From assembly GCA_964035545.1 (NCBI GenBank), contig OZ037766.1:3462722-3526721 (forward strand): a stretch of DNA of 64,000 nucleotides. Reading direction: 5' to 3'. Numbering within the stretch: position 1 is the first letter of the stretch; every line of letters starts with the position of its first letter. The notes under the pieces were generated by a model. That model worked only from the letters and a program-made list of their open reading frames with translations, did not search any database and was not told the origin of the DNA. The DNA comes from Bugula neritina (Eukaryota > Animalia > Bryozoa). The translations under genes were made by a program, and so were the position numbers. This document shows, in pieces, positions 27,372-41,100 of the stretch.

Positions 27372-29453
27372 ATGGCATTCGTGCAGAAGGTTGTCAGGCT
27401 TTGCCGGCCACTATACATTGCCTGTTCAAGAGGTGTCTCAAGTCTTTCAGAAATACGACCCAGTATTTGTATGCAACATGGTTACTCAAATACTACTGTG
27501 GTAAGTATAGATGGATGGTGAAATTCTATTTCTGTTGCACGTTTGACTTTGACTTTGACTTTGACTTTGACTTTGAGAGTTACTGTTGGACTTGGTGTCA
27601 TTTTAATATTTAAACTTAAAGTTAAATATTATAAAATTCAATATAATTAATATTAATAATGTTATTAATATTATCAATTAATGTTATTCACTATCAATAG
27701 GAATATTTCGATTATGAAATTGAAAAAATAAAATATAACTTTATATTTAGTGTATTTGAAATTGCTCGAAATAATCATCATACTGGAGCGCCTTGGCTCT
27801 AAGACTAATTTATAATAATATTCGTATTCATATTGATAATAAATTGTATTTTGACCCACAATCAACTTTAAGTTCTCAGTGTCTGCAAAGTGAAATGATT
27901 ATTCATAATAAAAATATGTTGAAGTATAATTCAACTCTTTCACTTTCAGTAATAAAATTTGCAAATATTTATATTGTAAAATGAAAATATCTTCAATGAA
28001 AATTACCAGTAAAAATGCTGTCATTCTGATTCTCTATACTTATACCATTGGCCCAATTATTGGCATCTTATTGAGTTTTTTTTTGGAAAATTGATTGCAA
28101 CAACTAGTACTAGTAGGGAGTAAAAATCTACACTCACGGAAGTGATTTTGAAATAGGTGTACTTCAACTTTCTTGAAATGTGTATTAAGCTTGCAACTAT
28201 CTCGATATGTGTTGTTCACTTTTTGACTGAAACTATTTGTGCAGAAAGTTGCAACAAACTTGACTCAGTCTGTCGTACCTGTGAGATACTATGGAGCTGG
28301 ACCACCGCTAGATAGACAAAGTATAGGGGAGAGAATTCTACTGAATTTGAAGTTGTTTGACAAGGTTGATCCTGAAAAAGTAAGTTTGTGTTCAATTTCT
28401 TGCCATAAAATTACAACAGGCTTGAAAAAACTGCAGTCCTAAACCTCAGCTCTTTATGTCATGTTAACCAAAACTTTTTTCATCATAATTTTATATATAC
28501 ATCTGCTACTTGGCATGTTTGATGGACACTGTGTCATGCTGCAGGTTACCTTAGAGAGTAGATTTAAAGAAGACCTTGAACTGGATAGTCTGGATCATGT
28601 GGAAGTAATTATGGCCATAGAAGATGAATTTGGTAAGTAGCAGACATCTAATAAACAGTCTTGTCATAATGAAAGCAGGGGAGTGTAATAGGGATAGGCA
28701 CATTTGGGAGTTGTATACTCGGTGAATGAGAATATAGTCTTTAAGCAGTTTCTCAGTGCATTTCTATTGCTAGGTGATCTGAATACAGATTGTAAAATGT
28801 AAATTAAACAAGCATTAGTTCCCAGGGTTTGCACAAGAAAGTTTTAAAGCTTAATGAATACACTGACTACTTATATATTAATTATTGAGATATATACTAT
28901 TATTGAAATATATTCTATAGTCTATACCATTTAACTGAACTATACCAAAACAAGAGGCTGTTTTCATAGAATTTCAGTTTCTGTTAAATATTTACAAGTT
29001 GAATTGAATGGCCTTCATATTTATTATATCAAAATTACAAAACCTGCGGAATAAATGTATTTTTTATTTTTTGAACATGTGTTTTTTTGATAAAGCTGTT
29101 AGCAGGTAAAAATTTGTAATTTCATGGTTCACGCAGTACCTTTAGCAGGATTGTTTATTTTCACATTTTTATGATTACATCACTTTATACCTCTATATGA
29201 ACATGTATACTCCCCAATTATATAAAATATTATAAGTTATTTATAGTATCTTTTGCTACATGATGAGTGATCCCTGTAAACAATGTCTTTTAAATTAGTG
29301 AGTAACTGGTGTTCGAATATATCATGACAGTTGAATTGTTGGTTTGCAGGTTTTGAAATACCTGACCAGGATGCCGAGCACATGCACACACCTGCCTTGA
29401 TAGTACAGTATATAATGGATAAATTTGATGTGCTTGAAACCCCTGCACACTAA
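27372..29453 (+). CDS. NDUFAB1: Mitochondrial acyl carrier protein, 4 exons
   Basis: Exons 27372-27500 (Arg/Ser-rich transit peptide), 28245-28379 ([11 protein letters not shown]), 28545-28632 ([24 protein letters not shown], phosphopantetheine Ser), 29350-29453 (FEIPDQDAE). Confidence 0.95.
27542..27576. repeat. (TTTGAC)n hexamer microsatellite
   Basis: About 6 tandem units in NDUFAB1 intron 1. Confidence 0.9.
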
Positions 29454-29991
29454 GACTATCTCAAAAATCTGTTGGTGTTTATATCACTCGTGCTAAACTT
29501 ATAGCTGTTGCCATGAATCTGCTCCAGAAACTGTACAGATAAGTTGAAAGTGGTGGAGTTAGACTTGAGAATGACTTAGTCGGCTTTGTTTCCATTCCAA
29601 CATGGTGAATGTAATGTTTCGATCAAACCAGCTGCTAAATTGTGATGTAGTTTAGTTTTGGTAACTTGCCAACTGGTCATCCTATTAAAACTTTGTAATG
29701 TATGGAAGAGTGTAAATTAATAAAAATACAGTTTTTTAAATTTATACAAATAATTTTGTTTGCACATGATCAACAGATTTAGTAACAACATTGAAGAACA
29801 AAAATGCCTTGATTCAACATAGAAAACAAAACTTGTAATAATTTATATTGTACATGTGACTCAAATAAAAGAGATAATCAATCTTGATATAGATAAGAGG
29901 ATAATTACTAAGAAATTTATCTAAAAATATAAAAACCATGATAAATTAGCAAAGCATATTCTCTCAAAGTCGGTCTTAATAACAGAATAAT

Positions 29992-32900
29992 TTATGTGGC
30001 AGCTATTGCTTCCAGTACAGTTTTATATATCAGTTCAGTTCTTCCTGCAGACTGAAACACTGAGACAAATGTTTGACTTTTATGGCTGTCATGGCGTATG
30101 CCGTCATAGAAATCTTTACAGCTCAGCAAGAAGATCTTTTCATCCACCTGTACAAAGAACCAGACTATGCTAACCTTTATACAAATCAGACTTGCATAAC
30201 AACAAATGCATATGCAGCAAATTACTTGAAAGCGTCCATGCTCCAGTGCCCATGTTTTGTAACAAAGTTTAAACTTCAAGCAAAATATCTAGCTGTAAGA
30301 AACATAACAAAACTAAAGTATTACCTCATCTAAACAGCCAATACGAGAGGCAACGTAAGGAAAGAGTCCTTTCAGCCAGTGATTTGATGACACTGACACG
30401 AAGAAGCAGGTGAGACTCCATACTGCCATGGCTAATGGGTGCCTCTGGGTGAAACTGGTGATGGAGAGTAGCACCCAGTCCTGGAGGAAAGAGCTTCCAA
30501 CTACAGTAGCCTGTTCTTCAAACACCTGTGGGCGTAATATACATATCCATGAAATGGTTACTCATTTGTAAAGATGATCTTATGTGGCAGTATGAATTGT
30601 ATTTGATTTAAAATAGACCTAGAAATGTTGCATCAACAATAAGTTTACAAAGAATAATGTTTGCGTTATATATTATTGAAAAAATGCTACACAACTATGC
30701 CATTGGTTACTATGTCACCAGTGTGAATGTTTAGGCTACACATCAATGTGCAATGTCTCTTCCCACTCATGGTAACATTACTCTAGGTTTATTATCGTGA
30801 TTAAGTAAAAATATCAACAAGAAAGTTAGCCTGTTACCTCATAAACCATTTTAGCTATTAGCACAGGGTGGGGTTGTTGTTCTGAAAGGAACTCTCCTAT
30901 GACTTTGTTCATGATGTCTTGAGAACTGAAGAGATCTGACATCAGCGTAGGCAGTATCCCGGTGATAACCTCAGACTCCTGAGGCAATCCTCGTCGGATT
31001 CTACAATATATCATTTATAATAATATATGTTTTCATTATTATAGTACATAATAATATATTATAACACAATCTATTATATAATATAACTATCATATATATA
31101 TTATATATTATTATATAATATAAATTGTTATACAATGTAATAATGATAATATCATATAACAATATATCTCATTATATATTTATTAAATTAATTTTATCTA
31201 TTACAGTCCACAACAACTAATAGTACAGGTAAAGTAGCACCCTAGCCATAAATATCACATTGCAAACAATGCTATATGACAGTAGAACAAATTGATATTA
31301 TCTATATATTTTATTTTATGTTTTTTTATTTAATGATGTACTTTTCACGTGGGATATCTTTAGATTGTGGTCATAAAAAATAATTTAAAATGACTAGAAT
31401 TCAGATTTAAACTAAACCATGTTTGTTTTTTGACCACACCAAATTTTTCAAGGGGTCTTTTTGATAGAATAACTCAAACTACTTCATGGTACCCGTTATG
31501 AGTAGCTGATTAGCTAGTAGCTAAAATTAGGTAATGCAGATTTCAATTTGTCAACAGGTCAAAAGACAACATTTTAGAAACATTGCTACAATAAAAGTGG
31601 CAGAAAAAGTTCAATATGTGCTTTGTGACTCAACATTAGTTTAATTTGTAAAGTTTGCAAGTTAACAAAATTAAACTCACCTGTCGAAAAGTATAGAAAC
31701 GACTTCCATTTTTAGTTCTGCTGTATCTAATCTGTTTTCATCTGCCTCCGATATATCTGCGTACATGCACGTCACCAGAAGTCCTAGTATGGAATGTGTG
31801 TTGATATGTGTAGCAGGGAGGGATAACCTGCAATAAATGCCAACGGAAGCTGAGCGAAAATTTACAACATGCTGTATGCAATTATAATCAAACATTCGAA
31901 AGCAAATAATAAACATTGTAATACAAAGTTTAAAAGAAATGTTCTTCGTTTTTGGAGCCTCCATACTGCATTCTATAGAATAGCAAAATCATAACTTTTC
32001 TAATTCTTTTTTTTCAATTTAAAAGTGCTATATTGAGAATAACATCAAAAAGTTAGGCTCCAAATTCAAATTTTGTTCTCAGACCATAAAAATCATAAAG
32101 GTGTATTATCTGGGTATTATTAGTTCAGAGTAAACAAGAGGGAACTAAAATATACTACAATATCATAAACCGAGCACATGCACTACTATGACACATTACA
32201 AGCACATGTACTATAGTGTCATGGTACAATCAAGCACATGTACTATAGTGTCATGGTACAATCAAGCACATGTACTGTAGTGTCATGGTACAATCAAGCA
32301 CATGTACTATAGTGTCATGGTACAATCAAGCACATGTACTATAGTGTCATGGTACAATCAAGCACATGTACTGTAGTGTCATGGTACAATCAAGCACATG
32401 TACTATAGTGTCATGGTACAATCAAGCACATGTACTATAGTGTCATGGTACAATCAAGCACATGTACTGTAGTGTCATGGTACAATCAAGCACATGTACT
32501 ATAGTGTCATGGTACAATCAAGCACATGTACTGTAGTGTCATGGTACAATCAAGCACATGTACTATAGTGTCATGGTACAATCAAGCACATGTACTGTAG
32601 TGGCATGGTACAATCAAGCACATGTACTATAGTGTCATGGTACAATCAAGCACATGTACTATAGTGTCATGGTACAATCAAGCACATGTACTGTAGTGTC
32701 ATGGTACAATCAAGCACATGTACTGTAGTGTCATGGTACAATCAAGCACATGTACTATAGTGTCATGGTACAATCAAGCACATGTACTATAGTGTCACAG
32801 TACAATCAAGCACATCTATTATAGTGTCACTGTACATGGCACTAACCTGTCGGAAGCAAACTTAAGCAAAAGAACAGATTCACTTTTACTGATGGCATTT

Positions 32901-35900
32901 ACTAAAAGCAATCTCTCAAATCCCAAAAGTACTGCTGAACAAAGCCTTGTGGTAGAGTTGTTGTCACTGGAGTTCACGACCTCCATGCCAGTCTACAAGT
33001 AAACAGAGTAACTAAAAGTCTATAAAAACAAACTTCAGCTCTTTTGCAAGTATTGGAAGTTTGAATTACATTCCTCAATGTAAAAAATATATCTGCACAC
33101 ACTCCTTTTAAAGGTCTAAACATGATAGACTAATGTGGAGGAATATTTTGTTAAGTGAGTGGAAAGTAGGCTCCGTCAATTTGATTACGACACCACCTTA
33201 AAGTAAGAGCAAGATTTTCTTTGTATTCTTTGCAGATTTTATTTAATGAAGGCCACTTTATTTCATCTGTTTCCAAGCAGAATTAGGTCAACAGGAAAAG
33301 TTGCTATGTTATATGAACATGTGAAACTACAGGTATTAATGCCTATATAAATGTTGATATATTGATAGAAACTTGAAATCATAGCATGACATTTCCCATT
33401 AAGTGGGAGTGTGGGGGGGGGGGGGTCAAAGAGTGACACACATATTAAACTGCTAGCCCTAGTACCATGACCGCTTACCTGTAGAACTTGGGGAATGAAA
33501 TTGTTGACAGTTTTCACTTTTTCCTGAAAATGTTCTATCAAATAGAAAGTTAGTGACCAAACACTGAGGAGGTATAACTCCGACATCAATGTATTCCTAG
33601 TAAAATAATTACAATAGTCGTATGATAAAACATATACAAATTAAACAGGTTTTAAGTTTAAATAATGCAACAGTGCTAAATAATAGAAAATCAAGTATAT
33701 TTAGAGCTTTAATCCTCGGAAAGGTTGATGATAAAAAATTTTTTTAAAGGCTATGAACTACTTTTGCCTAAAATCATGCTAGCAAGAATATTGAGAACTT
33801 TTAAAGCAGCACAAGAGAAGTTGTCCGTCCCATATCCTATTAACCTTTGCTTGAGTTGTCATACCAGACTAGAATAACGTGAGTCATAATAGACAGGTGT
33901 TTCTGTCCACTAGATGGTAGCAGCTTATATATTGCTGGTATATAAGATATATGACAGAAAATGGAGATAGTGAATAGGTTGACCAATATGCGACTATTAA
34001 ATATTATGAGTGGGCTTAACAAACACAACACATGGGCATAGCATAGCAGAAGAAAAATGCATGACATGAATCATTGTTATGTCAAGTAACGATTGTTGGT
34101 ACATCACCACAATAACAGCTAACAACTCCATTAAATTCAGTACACAAAACATTCGCTCTAATTCTTTACCATATCTGCCATTAGAGACACAAAATAAAGA
34201 TACTGTAACGCTACTAACTTGTTGTTAATCAGGTCCATAGACCTAGAGATAAATTCAACGAGAAAGTTAAGTAGTGATTTGACTAAATCTCCTTCTGGAG
34301 CGGCTTCCAGGAGGTAGAGGGCGCCACTTATGGCAGCGAGTCGGGTGGGAATGTGGATAGACCTGAAGGACTGCTCCAGCAGCTTGGACAGCTTCTCCTC
34401 CATGTTTGAATCCTGTGCCATAAAAAATAGCAGCGCAGTGTTAGAATTTAATCAGATAAATCCTTCACTAATGATTCAATGAATCTGTGGGTACATCTTG
34501 GTTGGTAGCTTTAACGGTAGACCAGAAATAGTATCAAAGTCAAGTGAAATTCATCAAATTATTTCAAAAGAGCATATGAAAATTATTCAAATTTAAACTA
34601 AAACATGAAATAATTGAATTCATTAAAATAATTCAAATTCGGCAAGGCAGGACTATTTGATGTCATTTTGAAAGTGAAACTGCACAAAAAATTGCCGTAC
34701 AATCATGTAAATGCAAAGTGAAACTAAATTAAATATTTTTGTGTGTTAATAAGTTTGACACAATTTAGTAGTCATCATAACTACCACACACAGCTGCACC
34801 ATTTGAAATCTTACCAAGCGATACTTTTACAGCAACAATTTTAGAAAAAAATCAACCATTATCATCACCCAACATAAAAACTATGTAAGGTAATTGTTTC
34901 ATTTCACCAGATCAATTAATTAGCTAAGCTAACCTTAAACTTATCATTAAAGAAGATAATTAATGAATTACTAAACCAACTTTGTGACGTTGAATAGCTG
35001 TGATACAGTACGTACCAGATGTATTGCCGCAGCTTTACATAGCCCTAGGACCACGTACTGATTCATCAACTCATCCTCAGCATGGTGGTTAAGGTAGAGG
35101 TCATATAGAGTAGAAAACATCCAAGCAAACTGACTCTTTTCATAGAAGAGATCTGAGAGCATCACAATCTACAGAGATATGACAGTGTACAAGGATGTGT
35201 GCAACAAATCAGACGGCATATTTATTACCTTAACGTAATTTATATTTAAATTATAATTTTAAATTATAATTTCAAAAAAAGTTTAAATATAATTTAAATT
35301 GAAGGGCTCAGAAACAACTATAACTTCGTTGAGAGTTTTTAGTAACAGTATAAACTGTATTGGGTGCCGCAGTACCTACATATACCTACATACTACAACA
35401 GCGCAGAAGTAACAAGAGGGTAGAAAGTATATAATCTCATGTGAAAGCAGAGTATATAATTCAACATACCGATTTCGCACACTCATTGAGCAGCATCAGC
35501 GGTGTCTTAGGAGTAGCAGACGGAGAAAGAAGGTGACTGTAGACATCAATGAGCAGCTTCAAACAGGACGCTGTGTCAACACCCTGAAGAGACTTGATTG
35601 GTTGAGACTTTTCCGCCGACTCAACGTCTGCCTTCTCTATGCTAGAGATCAGAGGACTGAATGTGGACATCTGTGTGGTTAAGTGGCCAATAGACAGCTA
35701 CAAGACAAAAGCAGAACATTAGTGACCATCAAATACAATGGTTGCCAAGCAACTACTATTGGTGCAGACGTTTATAGACTGAGTATTTCTACCTGATTGT
35801 AGCCAATATCACAGCTGACTCTCTCCGTATTCACACAGAATAAATCCACTTCCTTCATACAATCACATCTGCTAACTTTTCTCCTGAGAAACATTCTAAT

Positions 35901-38035
35901 CTGGTACAGCTTTTCCCCGGACCTGATGGAATTGAATACTGAGTAAAGTATAGACATAACATAACACAGTACAACGTACATATTAGTTGGTAAATAATCA
36001 TGGCACAGCCAACTCACGTTGAGGACAGAAGAGAGGCAATTGGTTTCTGTCGGTGTGCGTTCTTATAGCAGGTGCAGAGGGGGTTACCGGGCTGAACCCT
36101 GTTCAACGTCTGACAGAGCAGTCCGGTGATACCCCTCAGGGCTGACACCATCCACTCGATGTTCTCCACGTCATCCTTTAACAAACATTAACAGTCTCTT
36201 GTAAACATCAGCCAGTAACAGAGTCTAGCCTACCATAACACTTTATAGTCCAGCTTAAAAGAAGAGCTAATATAACCACTGATGGCAGAAGCATTCAGTA
36301 AATCAAAGTTCAACTTTTGTTTCACAGAATTAGTCACTTGCTGCAGAAATCTGCTATTGTCAAGTAACCAGGTACTATAGAGGTTTAGGCTTCATCTTCA
36401 ACAGACAAGTTTTTTTCCAGAATATTGATGGCATCATATAAATAACAATGATTAGTATTTATATTGTTCATGATTGTGCAATGCTTTGTGATGCATTTAC
36501 ACTTTATGAATATCAACTCTTATCCAATAGATATGAATATATGAGTATAAAAAGGTTAAACCAGTAATATATTCCATGTGATATACAATTACTCCGGCAT
36601 TATCATACATCCTGCTATAGAGTATAGGATTACAGACAAAGGAAACTAAAAGCAGGTTGCTAATTGCTTCAAAACTATAATTTGTTTCAGTGGGATGAAA
36701 AATGTACTAGTCTCAACAAGTGCCGGCGGGTATTTAAGGAAAGACAACTACGACAGGTAAAATACCTACACTCCCCTAATAATATCCACACATAGATGCA
36801 TGTAGAACAACATACATTGTTTTAGTTACAAATTATTGATTCTTCAACAAATGTTAAAACATGAATTCATATTAATTAGTGGATTCTTTCCCAATTACAT
36901 ATTTCCGTCTCTGTATAGTTAAAGTAAGAGACAAACCTCCTCTGCAATATCTACATTCCCCGTGACGGCCACTGGACTGAGGAGGTGCAGCAGACACGCC
37001 CACGTCTCTTCAAACTGAGGTCTACTGATCCACCCTACAAACAGCACTGGACAGTTTAACTGGGCAATCAGCTATGGGTGAGTCAAGTGACACAGCAACA
37101 GGTAAAGTACCACTTGTCGCGTGTCACAGAAATATGGAAATCGCAAGAAAGAACTATTTTGAAAATATATGTCATATTATGATGAGAAATCAAGTTATGC
37201 AATAAACTATTAGTTTCAATCCTATACTATATGATGAGGAATATCAATTAGACTTGATAATTAATTAACAATACTCTTTGTTATTCGACTACAAGCAGTG
37301 CCGACCTAATAGATTGTTTCTTTTAATAAAATCTCGAAGAACTACAGTGTCTTGCAGGGCATCTACTTTCAGTTGAGGTTTATTGTTGTCTTCCCTTGTT
37401 TCCGATGACATTAGGAACGCAGTGACTGGCATCCTCGCATGTTCGTTGACTGAGGGTAGCCTGGCCATGCCTGAGTAAACAGATATACTCATATACAGGC
37501 TTCATAGGAGCAGTATTGACAAGAAGATAGATCAAGGAAAGCAGTTTAAGTGTAATTTCAATAGTTTTAGTTCTTTAGTTTCGGTCCTTTTTATAGAAAA
37601 GTCTCACAAGAACATACATTCTTTAGCAATGTTTCTTATTTTAAGCACAGCCTTTTTAAAAATTACTACCTGCTTTTCTGTTTGAAGATCACTATTTCAT
37701 TGAACAAGTACTATATACATAATATGGTACTTCTAAGACTAGATTAATGCAAGGTGAAATAATTAAATACTTTTGACAATAATTAATTAGTTTGAAAATA
37801 ACTTTAAAACTGTTCATTATCCATTTTCCAGTACTGTGAAAAAGATTACAAATGCATTGACAAGATATAGAGTGGCCTCACCTCGAATAACATTGTTGAG
37901 CAGAAAGACAAGGGAGGACGGTAAACCAGCCTTCCCGGCAAGTATGATGTCAGAAAGACACGTGACTAGCTGGGAGATCTGTATGTAACCATCTTGAGAT
38001 ATGGCCAGAGTTTCTACAGCATAGTGTGCAATCAA

Positions 38036-38072
<37 letters not shown>

Positions 38073-38109
38073 AATCTGTGGACAGCAGCTGTTTCGGGAT
38101 TTGTCCCCT

Positions 38110-38164
<55 letters not shown>

Positions 38165-41100
38165 GCTATATTATATACTATATTATATGTTATATTATAT
38201 GAGATATTCTGCTATATTATAGGCTATATTATATGCAATATTATGTGCAATATTATAGAAAAAATTATATGTTATACTATATGCTATATTATATAGAATA
38301 TCACATGTTATATTATATACTATCTTATATGTTTATTAGCTTAAAATTTACACTTTCTAGCCAGCCCAGTGATTAAGCTGTGTGTTGCAGCAGCTAAGAA
38401 TAGCATGCAATGAAAATCAGCAATAATTACTGTGAGTTTTATAATACCAGGACTTCAGAGCCAGCTGTCATTAGCAAGTGAACAGAAATCACAAATTAAT
38501 TCAAGACTTGTTTGCAAAAAACTTATTATAAAACAAAATTGTTTAAGCATACAACCCTTAAACAGTAGGTAGACAATAGCTAAGACATATATGAATATTT
38601 TAATACTGCATAAATAAAGTGTGTCGGGGAATTTAAACATTTGTCACATACAACATACCTCGGTAGTTTTCTAACTCAGGAGTCAGTCCAGGCACATTCA
38701 AGCTGTTTAGAATGTAGGTGAGGGAGTCAATGACAGTGAAAACATGGCTGGGATTGCTCGCAAACACTGAAGTGAACTGTGAGTGCTTGAAAACATGACA
38801 CAGCAGTGACAGGTGGGCGTATAGTTGGCAGATGTCAGCAGGTGCCATTTCTCCTGGTCCTTCCTCTGCATGGGAGGTCCAACTGAACATCATCTGACTA
38901 GAGTGTAGTGGGTGGTCCGCAGGTAGTTTTACTCTCTACAAAAAGACAGTACAGGTGCATGTAAAGTCAACAGCATGTGCAAGGTATTGGTAGTTGTCTG
39001 CTCTTTATACAATACAGCAGTAAGATGTAGAGTAAGCTAAGCTGGACAGTATATATTTATACATTCAATACCATGTATAGTCACAAAAATATAAACAGGC
39101 TAAAAAGTATTAAGCAATTAAACTTTCAGTAAACAATACATGATGCAGGGCAATGTAGGGTACCTCAAAGTATGAGACAGCGATATGACAGATAGCCAGT
39201 ATATCAGACTGCTGCAGTCTGCTCAAGAATAGGGGGCAGTGCGTGAGGTAAACTGAGATAGCATTTATTATGCCTACAGAAATCACAGGCTGGCTATACA
39301 CAGTGGAATCCTCCATGGAATCTGAAAGTACAATGAAGAGACAACTCATAAAAGTAAGTGACTTTATAACAGCTTTGTAATTAGCATCATTAGTCATTGG
39401 TATAGGTTTACCAGTTCTTTTAAGAATGTGTTTATTGGAGAAATTAAAATAAGAATATTTTAATTTTATGTGCTATAATAATTTACATAAATCCAATAAA
39501 TAGCTACACAGGTACATGATAAATGTTTGCCAATTTAAAAAAAAATATTTGCAATTTCACCTCTACCATAAGGACAAAGTCTAAAATTCAAGGTGATTTT
39601 AAGGTCACTGCTGAGCTAAAAACAAACTTACTCTGAGTGGCATCTGTTTCAGCTGCAGGTGCAAACTTCATCCAAATCTGTTTTAGCGTTGTTTCACAGG
39701 CGGCCAATAACGGTGAGATGCGTTGGTTGGACTCATTCTCTACTCGGTGAGCTATGTTGACCACAGTTCCAGTATCGGCCCTAAGTGGAATATTAGGAAC
39801 TCATTCTAAACAAACCCTTACATCTAACCGCTGCAATAAAAACCACTTTGCAAAGCATTTGATAAATGGTAATCCACTCCATTTTCTCAATTAAAAACAA
39901 TAGCAGAATATCAACACACCATGTCAAGAGATATAAGAGCATGACTCATATACATGACTCATAATTATGCACTTGACAAGTATAATATAGATCTCACCTC
40001 ACAGCTTTATCCGCACCATGTTTTATACACTCAGCCAGACAACTAAGTTGGAAGGATTCCCCCGACATTATAGCAAGGATATCTTTGAGCCCAAGGCTAC
40101 CTGTAGAATAATAATATATATGCAGCAAAAACCATCAACAGTTCTTTGTATAGAATAAATTATGAGCATGACTGTGACCAAGTTGGAACACGTTTTTGTC
40201 TTTATGTAACACTGATATTTCATCAAAGAGAGGTCATTAATTATAAAATATACATTATTTAAACATTTCATCCAAGTACTGATTGGGGCACAACAAGTAA
40301 AAGAGGAGCAAATAGGAATAACATCATTTGATAATGCAAAGAATATTATTTGCCAAAGCAAGGTAAGTTTCAAGTCACAAGGAAACCATGAAGCAAGAGA
40401 AACTGTGTTGAACAGAATAATTTAGAATGTCATTACCAAGTAGAGAGGCGCACAGCTTTGGAGAATTCCTATTATCACTGCACACACTCTTTGTTACAAG
40501 GAGGTAGAAATCTTTATCAGCCATGTTTTGTTGAGCCGACTGTATGTCAGCTTGAATGAGGGATATGGGAGAGAGAGCCGTGGGATAGAATGTGGCTCGT
40601 AATTTGTCAACCAAAGACAGCAAGCGTCTGTGGCTAAAAGTAGAACAAGTCTTTTAGTTATACATGCAGAAAACCGTCAGCTAAATTACCCAAGAAGTGA
40701 GAAAACAGGTAATATATAAGTTAATTGTATCTAATGATTGTCACCAGACAAATACAGCATTTTCTAACTATACACCGCAAAAACTACTATAGACAGCTGG
40801 CATGGAGATAAATGTAAGATACATATAAGAGAGAGACACTGGGTCAAAGCTATACGTACGTTCTTTTACTGTTATGTAGGGTTACCATCATCTTTAGCAC
40901 ATCTTCCGCCATCAGCTGCTTATGAACCGTCTGCAAATATACAAAAACTTATAATAAAAACACAGTGAAAGCTGTCTGAAGACACACAATATGTGACAGA
41001 TTCTTACTTGCACTAAGACAAAGAATAAACTTTTCTACAAAGTAGAGCATTTAAACCAGATGTTACAGTAACTTTGACAGCAGCATAAGAGCACCTGCAT

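Noticed and set aside
32200-32839. CRISPR-like 32-bp repeats
   Set aside because: No spacers, no cas genes, eukaryotic intron: a minisatellite.
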